Shown piece by piece: positions 23,498 through 38,400 of a DNA stretch of 64,000 nucleotides (the first letter of the stretch is position 1; every line of letters starts with the position of its first letter). The stretch lies in NCBI GenBank assembly GCA_001643675.2, contig LSRY02000017.1:124001-188000 (forward strand), written 5' to 3'. The translations under genes were made by a program, and so were the position numbers. The notes beneath the pieces were generated by a model. That model was not told the DNA's origin. It did not search any database and saw only the letters and a list, made by a program, of their open reading frames with translations. The DNA is from Monocercomonoides exilis PA203 (taxonomy: Eukaryota; Protista; Preaxostyla).

Positions 23498-26400
23498 TTA
23501 CTGAGGTGTCTTTGAAATCGCAACACGAGCCATAAAGCTCTCTTCGACAACATATCTGACAGTCGAGACAAACATATGAACATGCTCCACACACCCAAAC
23601 TTGTACACAATCACTTTCCTCCTCCCTGTCTTGGAGTCGAGATATCTTATTCTGACAGCTGATGCATCGCCTGGAACACCCACAATTGAAGCATGTGTGC
23701 ACAATGAAGACGCATTCAGTGGGCGAGAAACGCGACTCGATGAAGGAGAAGACAAAGGCGAAGACGGAGAATTGTTGCTTCGATTCACACATCCCAATAT
23801 CGATGATGTGGATGGAGTCAGCTTCAGCTTCCAGTCTTCGTCGTCTGAGTCAAAATCATCATCTTCTGCTTCACTGCTGCTTTGTTCTGACTCATTTCCG
23901 CACTCAAACTCAGCCATCCGCCTCTTCTCCTTCTCTTTCTCCTTCTTCTTCTGTATCTTCTTCATTTTGTGTGTCACCAGTGCAAATTCTTCATACGCCA
24001 CCAGCCATTCGATTGCCACCAGCTGATTGAGTGTCGCAAACCCTGACCGACTCCCTTTGCCCCACCTGGCTGTTTCCACCCAGTACTCACAGATAAACGC
24101 ACGAGACACCGTCACCCCGCGGAAACCAGCATTCTCTTCACTCTCCTTCAGACACAGGCCTTCAAACAGAATGCGCTCCTGCAGTGGAATGGAGAGCCTG
24201 CCTTTCTTCTTCAGCATGGCCCCAAAGTTCTGCACGTGCGACACAAGCATCATCCCGTTGCTCTGTGACACACCCTCAGAAACAGTCGTCATACCTTTCA
24301 GCTTCATCTCATCCTGCAGCTCTTTCATCTCCTCCTCCAGCGAGAACTTAGTCAGATCCTCAAACGTCGTCTCCAGCAGAATCGCAAATGGGCTGGGTAC
24401 AATTGTCTTTGACAGATCGATCAGAGCATCCCGGATCTTCATCATCCGCCCCATTGTGTATGAGCCAAAGGAGAAGAACGTGCCTTCTGCATCGTTCATT
24501 TCGATTCCGATACGATACGCCGTCGAATAAAGCGGGTGTGGGAACAATATACAGGAGATCTCAGAGAGTGAAATGGCCTTTATCAGCTTCATTTTCTCCA
24601 CTCCATCAAGAAACAGCGCGTCTCCCAAGAAGAATGTTGTGGAGTTGCTTCCTTCTGAGGCAACATCGCCTATGCAGATTGTGTGTGATAGAGAACGATC
24701 AACTGATAGCAGCGTTGAATACATCTGCTGTATCATCTGGTTGTATGCTGCAGACGATGACGAAGAAGAAGATGCTCCCATTGAAGAAGAAGAAATTGTG
24801 CCATGTGAAGAAGCAGTAGCATCTGTCTCCTTCCCCACAAGCACCTCCAATGACTCCTCTTCTTTCCCTGTGGCTGTTGTTCTTCCACTCACTCCCTTCA
24901 GAATCTTTCCAACTGATGCATCAACAATCAACTGCCTTGTAACAGGCGACAGAGCAAAGAGGAGGATGTGTGTGGTGGTTATGATGAGCATCCCGAACGT
25001 GGAGTTAGACTCAAGTCCAATCTCTCCATAGCTCGATGCCAAAATATGAGACGTCTGCAGAATCTTCCCGAACGACACTTTTGGTCCGCTCCGGAAACCA
25101 AACTTCTTCTTTTCAGCAACCTCAGCTGTTGGAGCACCAGACGGAGAGGCAGAAGAAGTGGGGACAGGAGAATACGCACCCGAAGATGCTCTGGAACCTG
25201 GGGACGGATTTGGAGATGTGGAAGAAGAAGGGCTGGGCTGTGCAGACGTATCGGCTGTGAAGTCGTGTGGCTTGCCCTTTTCTGCCTTCTGCTCTGCAAC
25301 ATATTTGAGATACGAAATGGCAGATGGCTCAACAATGCAGTAGTGGATGCTGTCGAGGAATGATGGATGATATGGAACTGGACTGCCAACCTGTAATATT
25401 GATTATTGATTGAGGATTTTATATGAATGATAATGAAATATGAATGGATAATTCACAATATCACAAAAATAATAAACAAATAGAATAAAGAAAAAAGAGT
25501 AAAACAAAAAAACAATAAATATTATTTCATTAAATAGACTAACAAACCTCCATAGCTTGTATGTACTTCCAAACACGATATCGCATTTCAGGCACAACAA
25601 CAAGCCACTCGCCAACAATCCAGATGATCTTTGAGAGTGTGCTGTAGTATGCCATCTTCTCATACTGCTTGATCAGATCTCTTCTTGTCTTCAGCCCTTC
25701 CCTTCCTTTCGCCAGTGCTATCAATCTTTTCTTGTACTTTCTTATTTCCTTCTCGTGCTCTTCCTGCAACCTCGCCCTTCGTCTCGCTTCTCTTCTCTTC
25801 TGCACTTCAGTCAGTGTGGATGAAAGCGGAGAATATTCAGAAATAGGCGAAGGAGGTGGGGGCTGTGGTGGAAGATGAGGTAGCATCTGACTGGATGCCT
25901 GGGGTGTTGCTGTGGATGAGTGATATTCAGAAGCTAAGCGCATATATTCAATCTTGAGGAGATGGAGCAAAAGTTGTATGACAGACAGAGGAAACAGATG
26001 AAGCAAGAAATGCTTGCGGAGCAGGTCGGTTGAGTTGTAGACAGAAGAATTCAACGCACTTGATGTTGAGAAGGCGCTGAAGTAAGAGGAGAACATGGTG
26101 AAGAAGGGGATGTTCTTGATGTGGAGGATGATGGAGTAGCACACATTTACCAGCCCTTCAATCAAAGATTCTCTCAACTCTTCTGGCAGATCCAGAAAAG
26201 TGGGTGGTGGAGGAGCTGCAGATGACATCCCCACAGGTGGCTGCATTGTCTGTGAGAAAGAAGAAGAAGAAGAAGAAGAAGAGGAAGAATTATTGAAAGA
26301 TTTACCAGAAAGTGCCTGCTGCTGCAGAAGAGGGCGGTGAGTGGGGACATAGTTCCAAATAGAGTCACTTCGTGCAGGAATGTAATTCGGCTGTGGAATA

Positions 26401-29400
26401 ACCAGAAAGCGGAGCAAAGGAGAAGTAAACGAGTCCGGGTGCTCTGCAGTGTAGTTGTACTTGAATGAAAAAGGAGGGGCAGAAGGTGGCATTGTAAAAG
26501 CAACCTGAGAAGGAATGAACTGCTGGTTGATGAATGATGGAGTGGCAGGGGCTGGTGTGGCTGTGCCTGTCAGAGTAGCAATCGTGGGAGGTGTCCATTT
26601 TGTAGAGGCTGCCTGCTTCTTAGCGTAGTCAGCAGTGATGGAGGAGTAAGAGACAATCGAATAGAGCAGCTCCATCAGCAGCGGAGAAATGGTGGAGTAG
26701 GCGATGATCGCTAAGCGCATCTCCGAAAGCGCAATGGACGAATACGACGAGAACAGGTCGGGTGTCAGGAACTCCTTCTGCTCTTCCAAGTTGCTCGTCG
26801 ACATCCGCTTTGAGCTTCGGATTGAAGAAGGCCGACGATTTTCGTCGCCCTTCGGCATCTGCAGCATCGTAGCCACTGCACCCATTGCCTGGTAGTTGAG
26901 CATAGAAGACGTCTGGTGGAAGGACAGGTTCATCGACTCCAGCTCGCTCTTCGTTTTCGTCTCGCTTTCGTCGCCTCTTCTTCTCGCGTTGCTTTCTCCC
27001 CTCATCACATCCTTCTTGTTCAGCATGAACCAGATCTCAGCGTCTGACAGCTTGTTGGACTCTCTGTCTCTCAATTCAAGCACATTGTTCCTAAGCAGTA
27101 GCGAAATCAACGTCATCGCTCTTAGCAGAAGCACCCGGCGGTGCTGAGAGGCAGGTGTTGGGAGAGAAAGGCCAGTCAGCAGCTGAGAGGTGAGTGGAGG
27201 AGAGCTGAAGGAAGAGAGGGTGGAGTTGACAGAGGAATTGGTGAATGGAAAAGAAGAAGAAGAATAAGGAGACTGGTCAGATACAACTGAAGAGTCCCAC
27301 TGTGTCACACGCCAGAGAGAGAAGAAGAACTGGTCTGTGCGCATCAGCAGGCGCAGGGCGTTCCTCTCTTTGTTGGAGGACTTTATGAGCAGAGACATCA
27401 GCACACGCAGAATGTGCTCAGGATCAGCCACGGGGGACACATCGAGTGATGCTGATGACATGGGTGATGGAAGAGAAGACGAAGACTGCTGGCGCTTTTG
27501 CTGAAGAAGAAGAGAAGAAGACGAGGAAGAAGACGTCAGGAGTGGCGATGGACGATTAGCTGGCGTTCCATTGGGAGCAAAAGGAGAAGGCTTTGGAGAG
27601 GCATAAGGAGGAGTCGGGAGAGGGGAGCTGCCGACGACTGAAGAGTAAGCAAGCATCGAGATTGGAGTGACAGTGTGGTTGCTGCCTGAAGCATGGAGCG
27701 CGCCAATATCTACATTTGGCTTGGAATAAGGCGTGGAGATGGTGGAGAACCAGGTGATGGATGTTTCCGCGGCTGGGCATGCAGAAAACGCGAATGTTCC
27801 TTTTTCGCTGTCGTCAGGCATCATGTCATCCACTTCAAGCGCCCCGCTTTCTTCTTCTGCTGCACTGCCATCCTTCGAATAGTCTCCTTCTTTGGAAGTT
27901 GAGCTATTCTCGCTGCTTCCTCCACCACCACTGCCACCACTACCACTGCCACTGCCACTTCCTCCTCCTCCTGCTGATGCCACCGCAGCTGCAGCTTGAG
28001 CAGCTGCTATGGCTTTCTTCTTCCTCAGCGCTTCCAGAATCTTATTCGTCCTCTCCAGCAGCTGCTTCTCCTGTGTCTTCCACGCCTTCCGCATTGCCTC
28101 TTCTTCTCCTTGTATCTTCTCATTCATCTCTGCTGCGCCAACAATCTCCTCCCAGAATGTCCGGAATGAATGCACCTGAGGCAGCCCCAGAGAAATAATC
28201 GAGTCAAATGACGAGGTTTCTGTGCTTCTTTTGCGGTGTCTGGGTGGAATAAACACCACATCCACATACTCATACCCATTGTCCTGCATCACTTTCTCCA
28301 TCCCCACCCTTTCAGATATCTTCGTCCTTCGTGTCAGCGCCTGCTGCTCCCTCTTCTCCTCTTCTTCCTCTTCTGTCAGATTGTCGTCTTCATCCAGCTC
28401 ATCTGGCTCCCAAATATCATCATCGTCGTCTGGATCGAAGTCTTCCCCACTTCCCCCCTGGAACAGATTACCCTGCTGTCTCCTTCTTCTCCTCTCTCTT
28501 TCCTTTTCTCGCTGCTTCTCTCGCTCTTTGTAGATCTCCCGCAGCATCTTCACCGTTTTTTCAGTCTTCTCCTTCTGCATCCGGGCAAAGAAAATGAGGT
28601 ACATCTGCAGCAGCACCAGCTGCGACGAAATGAGAAGTGAATGAGAGCTGGTTAAATCCCCAGTGGATGGCATCGGAGGTAACGGTGCTGCATCAGGCGA
28701 AGAAGCAGGAGAAGAAGCAAGTGTCGGGGCAGGTGTCAGAGAAGGAGGAGATTGGAGACTGCTCAATGAAGCAGTAGAAACAGACTTGGATATTCCTCTT
28801 TTCGCTCCATTTGCTCCTTCGCTGTCATTCGTGGCCCCTCCCTCTGGTGTTATCAGCGTTGTTAATGAAGCTGTCTTAGCAATGTTCTGTACTTCTTCAG
28901 CCACGGTCTCTTCGTCTGCTGAGTTGATCACTACAACTGGGGCAGGCGGGACAGGAGCAGGGGGAAGAGCAGTGGAGATGCCAGATGACATCAGAGAAGA
29001 GATGTCAAAAGAAGGAGAGGAGGAAGGAATATCTTGTGATAACAAGGGAGAGGAGGAAGGTTTGACAAGAGAAGGCAGAGGAGATGAAGAAGAAGAAGAG
29101 GAGGAAGATGTGATAAGTGCCATTGAGAGAGAAGGGCGGGGTGCTCTGGGCACAGCTGCGAATGGAGAGCGTATCAGACCGGATTTTGGAGTGTCTTTAT
29201 CTGGCGATGATAAAACAGAAGAAGGAGGCGAGCCAGAAGGAGAAGAAGAGCTTTCTTTGTCTTCGTCGCTGTCTGTCATATCTTCTGCCTCTTCCTCAGC
29301 GCGAATGCGCTCTTTCTCCAGCCGCTTCTTCTCTTGCTCAGGTGTCAGTGTTTTAGTCCCACCGCTTTTACTTCCATCTCCACCAACACTTGAACTTTCA

Positions 29401-32400
29401 TCATCATCGTCGTCATCGTCTTCAACATCGATGATGTCATTCTCTTCTTCCAGTTCTCCATCGCCAAATGTGCTATCACGCCAGTTGATGACGTGTGCTG
29501 CTGATTGCGATGGGTTGCTTGAGGAAAGAAACAGCAGAGAGGCAGGTGGCAGATAAGAAGAGCTCGAACGAGCTAAACCGGAGCGCAAAGGCAGAAAGAC
29601 GGAGTTTCTGGCGTTTTTCTCCATCCGGAGAAATAGGGCCGTTAGGAAACGGAAGGTGAGGGAGGAGGATGGTGGGAGGTTGAAGAGACATTGGATAATC
29701 ACCTAATGAAAAAGAAAGAAAAGAAAGAAAAATATTTATTTTAGATACAAAATATTTGTTGTGAAACAAAAGAATAAAAAAAGTTAATAATAAATCGAAA
29801 ATTTATAAAAAAAAATGTGCATCACACCCAAATAGATGACCCAATAACTGATTTTTCCATCTTGAACATTTCGTTACTTCCATTCATGTCTTCATTGACA
29901 GCTATCTGCACAAGCAGATGGCCAAACCTCGGAATTATCTGTGAAATCACCATCTTCCACAGAGACTGAGGGGTTGTCCCTGCACTTTCATTCTTCGTCC
30001 TCAACGATGATGAAGAAGAAGAAGTTAAGGAAGAAGAAGATGATGATGACGTCAATGAAGAAGTCGATGGTGACGATGCAAGCAAGTTAGCTGAGCTGTC
30101 CTTTCTGCCCATTTTGTTCTGAGCAGCTTTTGCCTCCTTCAGCCTCTTCATCTCCTCCATCAGCTGTTCTTTCGTCTTCCTTTTCGGTGCTAATTTCTGA
30201 TACAATTCTTCTTGTTTCTCCACTGCACGGAAGAAGTTGAACACAGCAGCAGTCAATGCAGAGTTCTGTCGGATCTTCAGCGGATAGCGCGGATAGCCAG
30301 CCACAGGGATGAGGGTGTGTTCTCCATAACTCCCTGCTCTTTCTTCGCTGTACTCACACGCAGGCAGGAAAGACAGCTGGGACATTGTGGATGTGCTGCT
30401 GGTGTTAGTCGTGGATGCTCTTTGTGCTGTGATGATCAGGTCAATCAGAGTCATCCGTTTCTGGTTATCTCTTCGAGCTTCGATTCTTCTGTTCATCTCT
30501 TCCTCTGTCTCTTCATTTGCCCTTCTTTCTCCTTTTCGCCTGTTGTTCAGTTCTAAAGCACACAGAACAAGTGGAATGATTGAGGCATAGAAAGCAGGCG
30601 AGGACACGAAGGCACTGCGGGAGATGGCTGCATAATGAGAAGAGGAAAAAGAGAATGAATCATTTGAAGAAGAGGAAGAAGAAGAAGGAGTAAGTGAAGA
30701 CAAAGAAGGAGGAAGCATAGAAGTGATGGTGAAGGAGCGCTGAGTGGGTTTAGAGAGAGGCAGAGGAGGTGTGATCTCAACACTGACATAGCTGGATGGC
30801 TCGTTCAATCGAGGCAGCATCAGAGAAGAAGAAGAGGCAGAGGAGGAAGAAGAAGAAGAAGAAGAAGAAGGGGCATAAAGCAGAATGGAAGAGTTTGAGA
30901 CGATTCTTGTGAGGATGGTGATGCATTCGATGATAACAGGATCACAGCGGGCAGCAAGAAACTGGAGGAAGAACGGGGACACACGGAATGAAAGGAAAGA
31001 GACGAAGCTGTTTGAGAGGGAGTTCTGAAGAACATTGGGGACGATAGAGTCAGTGAGGTAGTTGGAGACAAAGGGAGCAAGAAGAGAAAGGGCAGACTTG
31101 AAGGTGGAGATAACGAATGCGACATTGAGGCTGAAGGAGCCGATAGAGGTGAATGAATGGAAGAGCTGGGTGACCTTTTGCTGGAGAACAAAGAGGAAGA
31201 AGCTAGAAGAGGCGTGAGAGATGTATTGGAAGGACTCAGTGAAGGAAGGAGCAAAAGAAGAAGAAGAAGATTGTTTGAGACTCTTTTCATTTACAGCTGA
31301 AAGAAGAAAAGAGACAGAGCAAGGCATCAGGAGGTGGAAGAGAGTGGGCAGAAGATGGCTCAACAGGAGGGTGTGCTTGTCCTGCTGGGGAAGTGTTGCA
31401 AACAGCATGTTCTGGGAGAGACGGAGAAGAGATGACGCAAAATGCACTTTTGACAGAGAAAGAGAGCAGGAAGCAGAGGAAAGGCAATAGGCAGAGGGTA
31501 AGAAATGAAGCATTCGAGATTGAGCAATACTGTTAGTTTTGTTGTTGACCGATGAAAGTTTTGTGGATTCTTCTTCGCTTTCGTTGGAATTACCACCAAA
31601 AGAGCTTGGAGCATCTGAAGATGTAGTAGTTGTAGAAGAAGAAGTATCTTCTTTGTTTTTGAATGTCTTCAGCCCCAGCACACCCTCAGCAAACACAAAC
31701 ACTCTCTCTAAGAAGTTCGTTTTGAACAGAAAGTGCTCTAAGCCTGCTTTGAAAGCAGGAGTGCGTTCAGAGAAGGAGATAAGCAGAGGAAGTGTGCAGC
31801 AGGCAGAAGAAGCAAGAGAGATGAGGAGAGAGTGGTGGAGAGCAGATGGGTAGATGTGGTGCAGGAAACTGAACAGATTGACGGGGGAGGTGGCTTCGGC
31901 AATGGAAGATGCTTTGGAACGAGAAGAACGAAAAGAAGAAGATGTGGTTGTTGATGCAGAAGAAGAAGGAAACGCACTTCTCAACTGAACAGAAGCTGCT
32001 GGTGCTGTTGGTACAGCTGCCCCGTCGCTTTTATCAGCATCTGAAAGGGATGCATTTTTTGAGCCTTCTTCAGCCATTTCATCGAGTGGGGTTGCCATCA
32101 GACACATTGAATGGTTCCATCGGTGGCAGTGTGGCTCATAAATAGAAGAAGACATCGTCCGCACATCGGCAAACTCTGCTTCATTCACAGATGACTCACA
32201 TTCACTCAAACAACAGGAAGGTGAAGAAGAAGAACATATACAAGATGATATTTGTTTCGATGAATCATTTTCCTTTGAATTTTCGATGGCAAAGCAGTCA
32301 GCCCAGTATTTGTGTGAAAGAATGCGAGTGACAATCTTCACAGCACTGCAGGAGCTGCAGCATTGGCTGAAGAGATCATTCACTGAAGACTGAAGAGACT

Positions 32401-35400
32401 GTTGGTTGCGTTTGTCGCTAAAGGAAGAAAGAGAAAGAGAAGAATAAGAGGAAAGAGAAGGGGAAGGGGAAGAAATGGAAGGAGAAGAAGAGAATGTAGC
32501 AAGTGCAGATGACAGGATAACACATAGAAGAGGAAGAGCACTGCTCACAATTGGAGCAATGAATGGATGGAATGCCACAAATGATGATAGGTTATTATTA
32601 TTATTAGTAGAAGAAGAAGAAGAAGATGATGATGATGCTGATGCCGGCTTCATCTGATTAATTGCAGGTGTGTTCTTGAACTTCTGCTTCTGCCTCTCTT
32701 CCTCTTCTTCTTCTTCTGCATTCGTCGCTTCATTCAGCAGACGTAGCAGAAGAGTATGAACAGCAGACAAGATGCATTCCGCAGCAAATGAAGCTGAGCG
32801 TGCTGTGAGTATTAGTGGAGCAGGCTGTCTGTTTGAGTTGCTCTCTTGTTGAGAGGAGGCAGTTATGAAGGTAACACACAGAGATATCACATGTACAGCA
32901 CACGAAAGGAAAGAATGAAGAGAAGAAGATGAAACTTTTGGATGTTCAGTTGATGTTGCTTCGCTATTATCTGGCTGTGCTGAGGTGTTCTTTGCATTTT
33001 CGCTTCTTTTCTGTTGAGAGTGCTTCATGTTCATAACAATCTGTGTGGATAATCCAATGCACTTCTTCAGGGTGTATATCATAATTGGTATCAAAAGCAA
33101 TGGAGAAGAGGGAGGAGAAGAGGGAGGAGAAGGAGAAGGAGAAGAAGAGGGGGAAACAGAAGAAGAAGAAGAAGAAGAAGAAGAAGAAGAAGAAGAAGAA
33201 GAAGAAGAAGATTGATTAGGTGAACCAGCATTTTGTGGAAGAAGTGAAGAAGGCATTGTGCAAGGAACATTCACAAAGGCTGCGAGGAATGATTGGTTGG
33301 TTGAGAGATGGCTGAGCAAAGCTATGGAGCATTGGACAAGAGAATCCAATTGAACAGAAGGGAGCGGAGGAGGAGGAGGAGAAGAAGAAGAAGAGGTTGT
33401 AGAAGAAGAATTAGATTGTGTTGCTCCAAATGGAGATGCCCTGACAACAACAGGAGCAGAGCTTCCATTCTCCTCTTTCTGTTTCCCTTCTGAAATCTCC
33501 TTCTCTTCCTTCACAAACACACAGGGGGAATTTAATAGTTGGTTGAAGAATGACATGAATTGTGTGTGGAGGAAAGGTAAAAGGTGAGGAATGGAAGAGA
33601 AGAGGAGCTTAGCACTCGGGCGGAAGATGACAAGAAGAGACAGATGTTGCTCAGTAAATGTGTATAATTCATCGACAGATGAGTCTTCTGATTCATTTGA
33701 AGAAGAAGAAGATGATGATGATGATGATGAAACAGAAGAAATAGAGGAAGAAGCGTTGTTTTCTTTGCCGGCAGGTGTGGTGAGTGACGCAATGAGCGAG
33801 CAGAGCAGAGGAAGAAAGTGATATTTCACTGTGATTGGCAGCACTCCTTCCACGTTCACTTCGATTTCTTTCTCCTTCTCATCATCTTCTTCTTCCTCTT
33901 TCTCCCCTTCCCTCATAAATACCTTCCTCTCCTCCATCTGCACTTTCTCTATTTCCTCCTCTTCCGCATCCTTCTCCTTCTCTTTCTTCTTCTCTGCTGC
34001 TTGGCTGATGGCAGTCAGTTGTGTGGCTGCAAGAAGAGAAGGGCGAGCTGTTGATGCAATCGACAGAGAACGAGAAAGACGACGCTGCCGGAGACCAGGT
34101 GGAAGCTGAGAGAGAGAAGAAAGAAGAGACTCAGAAGATAAGGGAGAGGATGAGGAAGAAGAAGAAGAAGAGGTTGATGTTGATCCTCCTGTTGTTGATG
34201 CTCCGAATGGAGATTGGGCTGAAAGAGAAGAAGAAGAGGAAGAAGAAGAAGATGATGATGAAGCATTTCCTGCAATATTTTCTGGAGGAGGCTCAACAAA
34301 CAGCGAGAAAACAGAAGTCAAAAACGCATTCATCTGATTTGCTGTGCTGGCTGATGCAATGCTCATATTCTGAGATGACAAGGTAATTGAAGAAGAAGAA
34401 GAAGATGATGATGATGATGATGAATTTACGACTGATTTCGCTCCCATCTTCACATCTTTCTCCTTCCCCTTCACATTCTGCCCTGAAACTTTCCCCATTT
34501 TTTCTGTTGATTTTCCATTCACTTGTGTATTCTTCTCATTCACCCCATTCATCCCATTCATCGCATTCTGCACATTTTGCACAGAAGCCGCTGAAACCGC
34601 AGTTAATGTAGCAGTCTCAAATGAAGGTGCAGCTGCAGCCAGCAAATTGAATAGCATCGACTCGTCAGTCGAAGAGAGCGTATCAACCACTCCACAAATC
34701 GCACGCAGATGGCTGTGAGGAATGCTTGCAGCAGGCGTGGCAGAATGCAGAAACATCGGTGGCTGCGAAGAATACGTTGCCTCAGAATAACCTGCAATTC
34801 CATTGCCATTGCCATTATTGCAGTTGCTGATGCTCTTCAGAGACAGATCCAGCTGCTGCTGAAGAGGAAGAGAAGGATCTATCCCAAGCGCCCGCCTTCG
34901 GCCCCTCGCTGCACGCTCAATCATCGATGGCATAATTCTCCTGCCAAGTGAAGTTTTATTATTAATATTGTTAATGTTGCTATCATTGCTAGTCTCAAGT
35001 GTCTTGAATATTCCAAGCTGATGCTCTCTTTCCAGCACATTCTCTTCTTCCTCTTCTTCTTCCAACAGATTGCCGTCTTCTTTCTTCTTTGAATAGGACA
35101 AAGTGAGTGGATCAGGAAAGGCCATGGCAAGTGTCTGGATGAGAGAAGAAGAGGTGAATGACAGAGAGCGGATGGCGGATGGGGTTGAGAAGTAGCTAAG
35201 CACTTTTTTAGGAGTAGCAAAAGAAGCAGCAGCAGCAGAAGAAGAAGAAGAAGAAGAAGATGATGATGATGATGATGATGATTTTAAAGCTAACATACGT
35301 GTTGCAGGAAATGTGTATGACTCCATGTGCAATGAAGATGCAGACGTGAACAAAGGATGTGTCTGTACAATCAGCGCAAAGCGAAGCCCGAAGCATTCTC

Positions 35401-38400
35401 CTTTGTATTTTGAAGGGTCATACGAATCTGCCATCACATCCTCACCCAACTGTCCATCTTCTTCTCTTTCTCCTTTTCCTCTTCCATTTTCAGTATTTTC
35501 ACTGCTTCCTCTGTAATTAGCAGCGACAAATGGCTTCTTCATAGCAATCAGGTGTTTGTTCCTAAGAGCAATGGTGCGTTCATTCAGCAGGCACAAAAGA
35601 CAGAGAAGGAAGAGAGGGAGCATAGCTGGTGTGGAGGAGAGGGGGTAAGTGGGTGTGGAGGGATCAGAAGAGAAGGGGGAAGAAGAAGAGGAAGAGAAAG
35701 ATGAGGAAGAAGAAGATGTTGTTGTTGCTGCTGATGCTAATGCAAGTGAAGAAAGAGCAGAAGAAGCAGAAGCAGATGAAGATGAAGAAGAGTTTAACCG
35801 ACTTCTGACATATGACACAATCACAGGGAAGATGTGGCAGAGAAGCAAGAGAACAGAAGCAATGGAATGCAAAGCAGAAGGTGTTGGGTAGAAGTCTTTA
35901 CCAATCTTCACTTTCTTTCCGGCAAAACGAGAATTTGCTTCTTTTCCTTCTTCGTTGACTTCATCATCGTCGTCATCATCATCTGCCTCACCTTCATTCT
36001 CATAGTCGTCATCAATTCCAAAGTGCTTCAGGCGGATTGGCCAAGAGAGCTGTGAGCTCCAGGAATCTGTTGATTGAGATGGCTGTGAAGAAGACGAAGA
36101 AGAAGAAGTGTCATCTTGTGAAAAGATATTGTTAGCTAATCTTTTGTGCGTCTGAGGGAGTAAAGAGGACAAAGCAGACTCACTCAACGGAATAATCAAT
36201 GTTGAAGAAGAAGAAGAAGAAGAAGAAGAAGAAGAAGAAGAAGAAGAAGAAGAAGAAGAAGATGATGATGATGATGATGATGATTGAGAAAGAGAAGAAG
36301 AAGCGGAAGATGTATTTCCATTTGATTGTTCAGACTGATTTCCATCGCTAGGGAGTGGAGGAAGAGGCGGTGGTGGAGGAGAAGAAGGTGTGGCCATGGA
36401 AGGAGGAAGGCTGCAGGCAAAAACGGGAAGAAGAATTTGAAGCAGAAGGATAAGTTTTGTGGTGATGGAGACAGCAAGTTGAGGATTGGAGAGTGAGGAG
36501 TATTTCTCTTTGGCAGATATCATCAGACGATGGAATGGATTATTATTAGTATTATTATTAGATGATGAAGCAGAAGCAGAAGAAGAAGAAGAAGAAGAAG
36601 CAAAGGATGATATTCTGATAGGTCGTGTGATGAGTTTGATGTCATCTTCGATTGACTGACAGATGCGTGCAATGTCAGCAAAGTCAATCACAAAATAGTG
36701 AGGTCTTTTTTGTGAAGAAGAAGAAGAGGCGGAAGAGGAAGAAGAGGAAGAGGAAGAAGAAGAAGAAGAAGATGTTGTTGTTGTTGATGAAATATTGCTT
36801 TTGGATGATGTTTGGGAAGAAGATGAAGTTGCACTTGTTTTTGAGGCAGATGATGTTGGTGTATTGGAAGAAGAAGAAGAAGAAGAAGCAATTTTCTGTG
36901 CAATTGAAGCTATCTTCTTTGAAATCGAAGAATCTTCTTTCTTTTTCTCTTCTTCCTTTTTCTCTTCCTCCTTCTTTCTTTCTTCATCCTTTTTGTCTTC
37001 CTCTTCTTTCTTCTTCCTCTTCTCTTCTTCTTCCTCCTTCTTTTTCCTCTTCTTTTCTTCCTCTTCTGCTCCCTTTTTCTTTCTCTTCTCTTCTTCCTCC
37101 TCCATCTTCTTCTTTCTTCTTTCTTCTTCTTCCTCTTGTTTCTTCCTCTTTCTCTCTTCCTCCTCTTCCGCCTTCTTCCTCTTCTTTTCCTCTTCCTCCT
37201 CCACCCTCTTCCTCTTCCTCTCTTCCTCTGCTTTTCTTGCTTCCTCCTCTTCCCTCCTCTTCTTCTCTGCCGTTTCCAGTTCTTTCAATCTCTTCTGCTC
37301 TTCCTCGTCTCTCGCTGCTGCTGCTGTCGTCGTCGTCATCACTGCTGCTGCAAACACAGACGCCCCTGCATCAAATGAAGAAGGAGAAGGAGAAGAGGAA
37401 GAGGAAGAAGAAGAAGAAGAAGATGATGATGATGATAGAGATGAAGGAGCAGCAAATGCAGATGAAGATGATGATGACAGTGTAGATGAAGCAGTTGTAC
37501 TAGAATCTGCTGGCTTTGCTGCTAATTCCATTTGCTCTTTTTGTTCTTTCTGTTCTGCTTCTTTTGCTTCTTTTGTTTCCTTAGTCTGTTCTATTTGTGC
37601 AGTTGATGCTGTCTGTACAAATTGATTAGAATCAGTCTGTTGTGATGGAAGAGGCAGAGGAGGTGTTTCAGAACTTGCCTTCTCATTCTGTGCTGCATTC
37701 TCAATGGATGAGTGGGTGGCTGTTGGTGTTAGCAGCACTGGGGCAAATGTCTTTGGAGGAGCAGATGAAGCAAAAGAAGGAGAGGAAGTGGAGGAAGGAG
37801 GTGGAGAAGAAGAAGATGATGATGATGAGGGAGAGGAGGAAAAAGAAGAAGAAGTGGATGAAGAATCTTGTGGAGACATTGCGAGTGGAGGAATAGAAGA
37901 TGTTGACTGAGTTTGTGGAGATGGAGAAGGAGATGGTGACGTTGACGATGATGATGCTGAAGAAGCAGAAGAAGAAGAAGATGATGATGATGACGATGAC
38001 GAAGATGTAGTTGTAACTGTCGTTGTAAGCAGCATTGTCAAATCAGACAGAGCTGCCGTTGAGAATTGATTACTCTCCTTTTCTGTGACATAACGCAACG
38101 CCTCTGCGGGCTGCTTTTTCTTCAACGATTTATCAATTTTAGTTCCGTTTAGTTTCTCCAATTTTGTTTTTGACATCGCAAAGATGATGTGATGTATCAA
38201 CAGTTGAGGCGGAAATGAATCGCGGAAAGGGTTGCTTGAAATGTTCAGAGAGTTCAACTCAGCAAAACTTCCGAGTTGCCCGATTACCTTTTCGGTTTTA
38301 AGAAAAATGAAAAACAAAAAATTGATTACACAATCTTGTTTAAATAATTATTAACCTCCTTCATTTCATCAAGATCCCAATCAAATTCATTATTTGATAA

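Noticed and set aside
27556-37910. Plus-strand poly-E/K/R ORFs over the giant gene
   Set aside because: Reverse-complement readings of (TCT/TCA)n poly-Ser runs, with no independent motifs.
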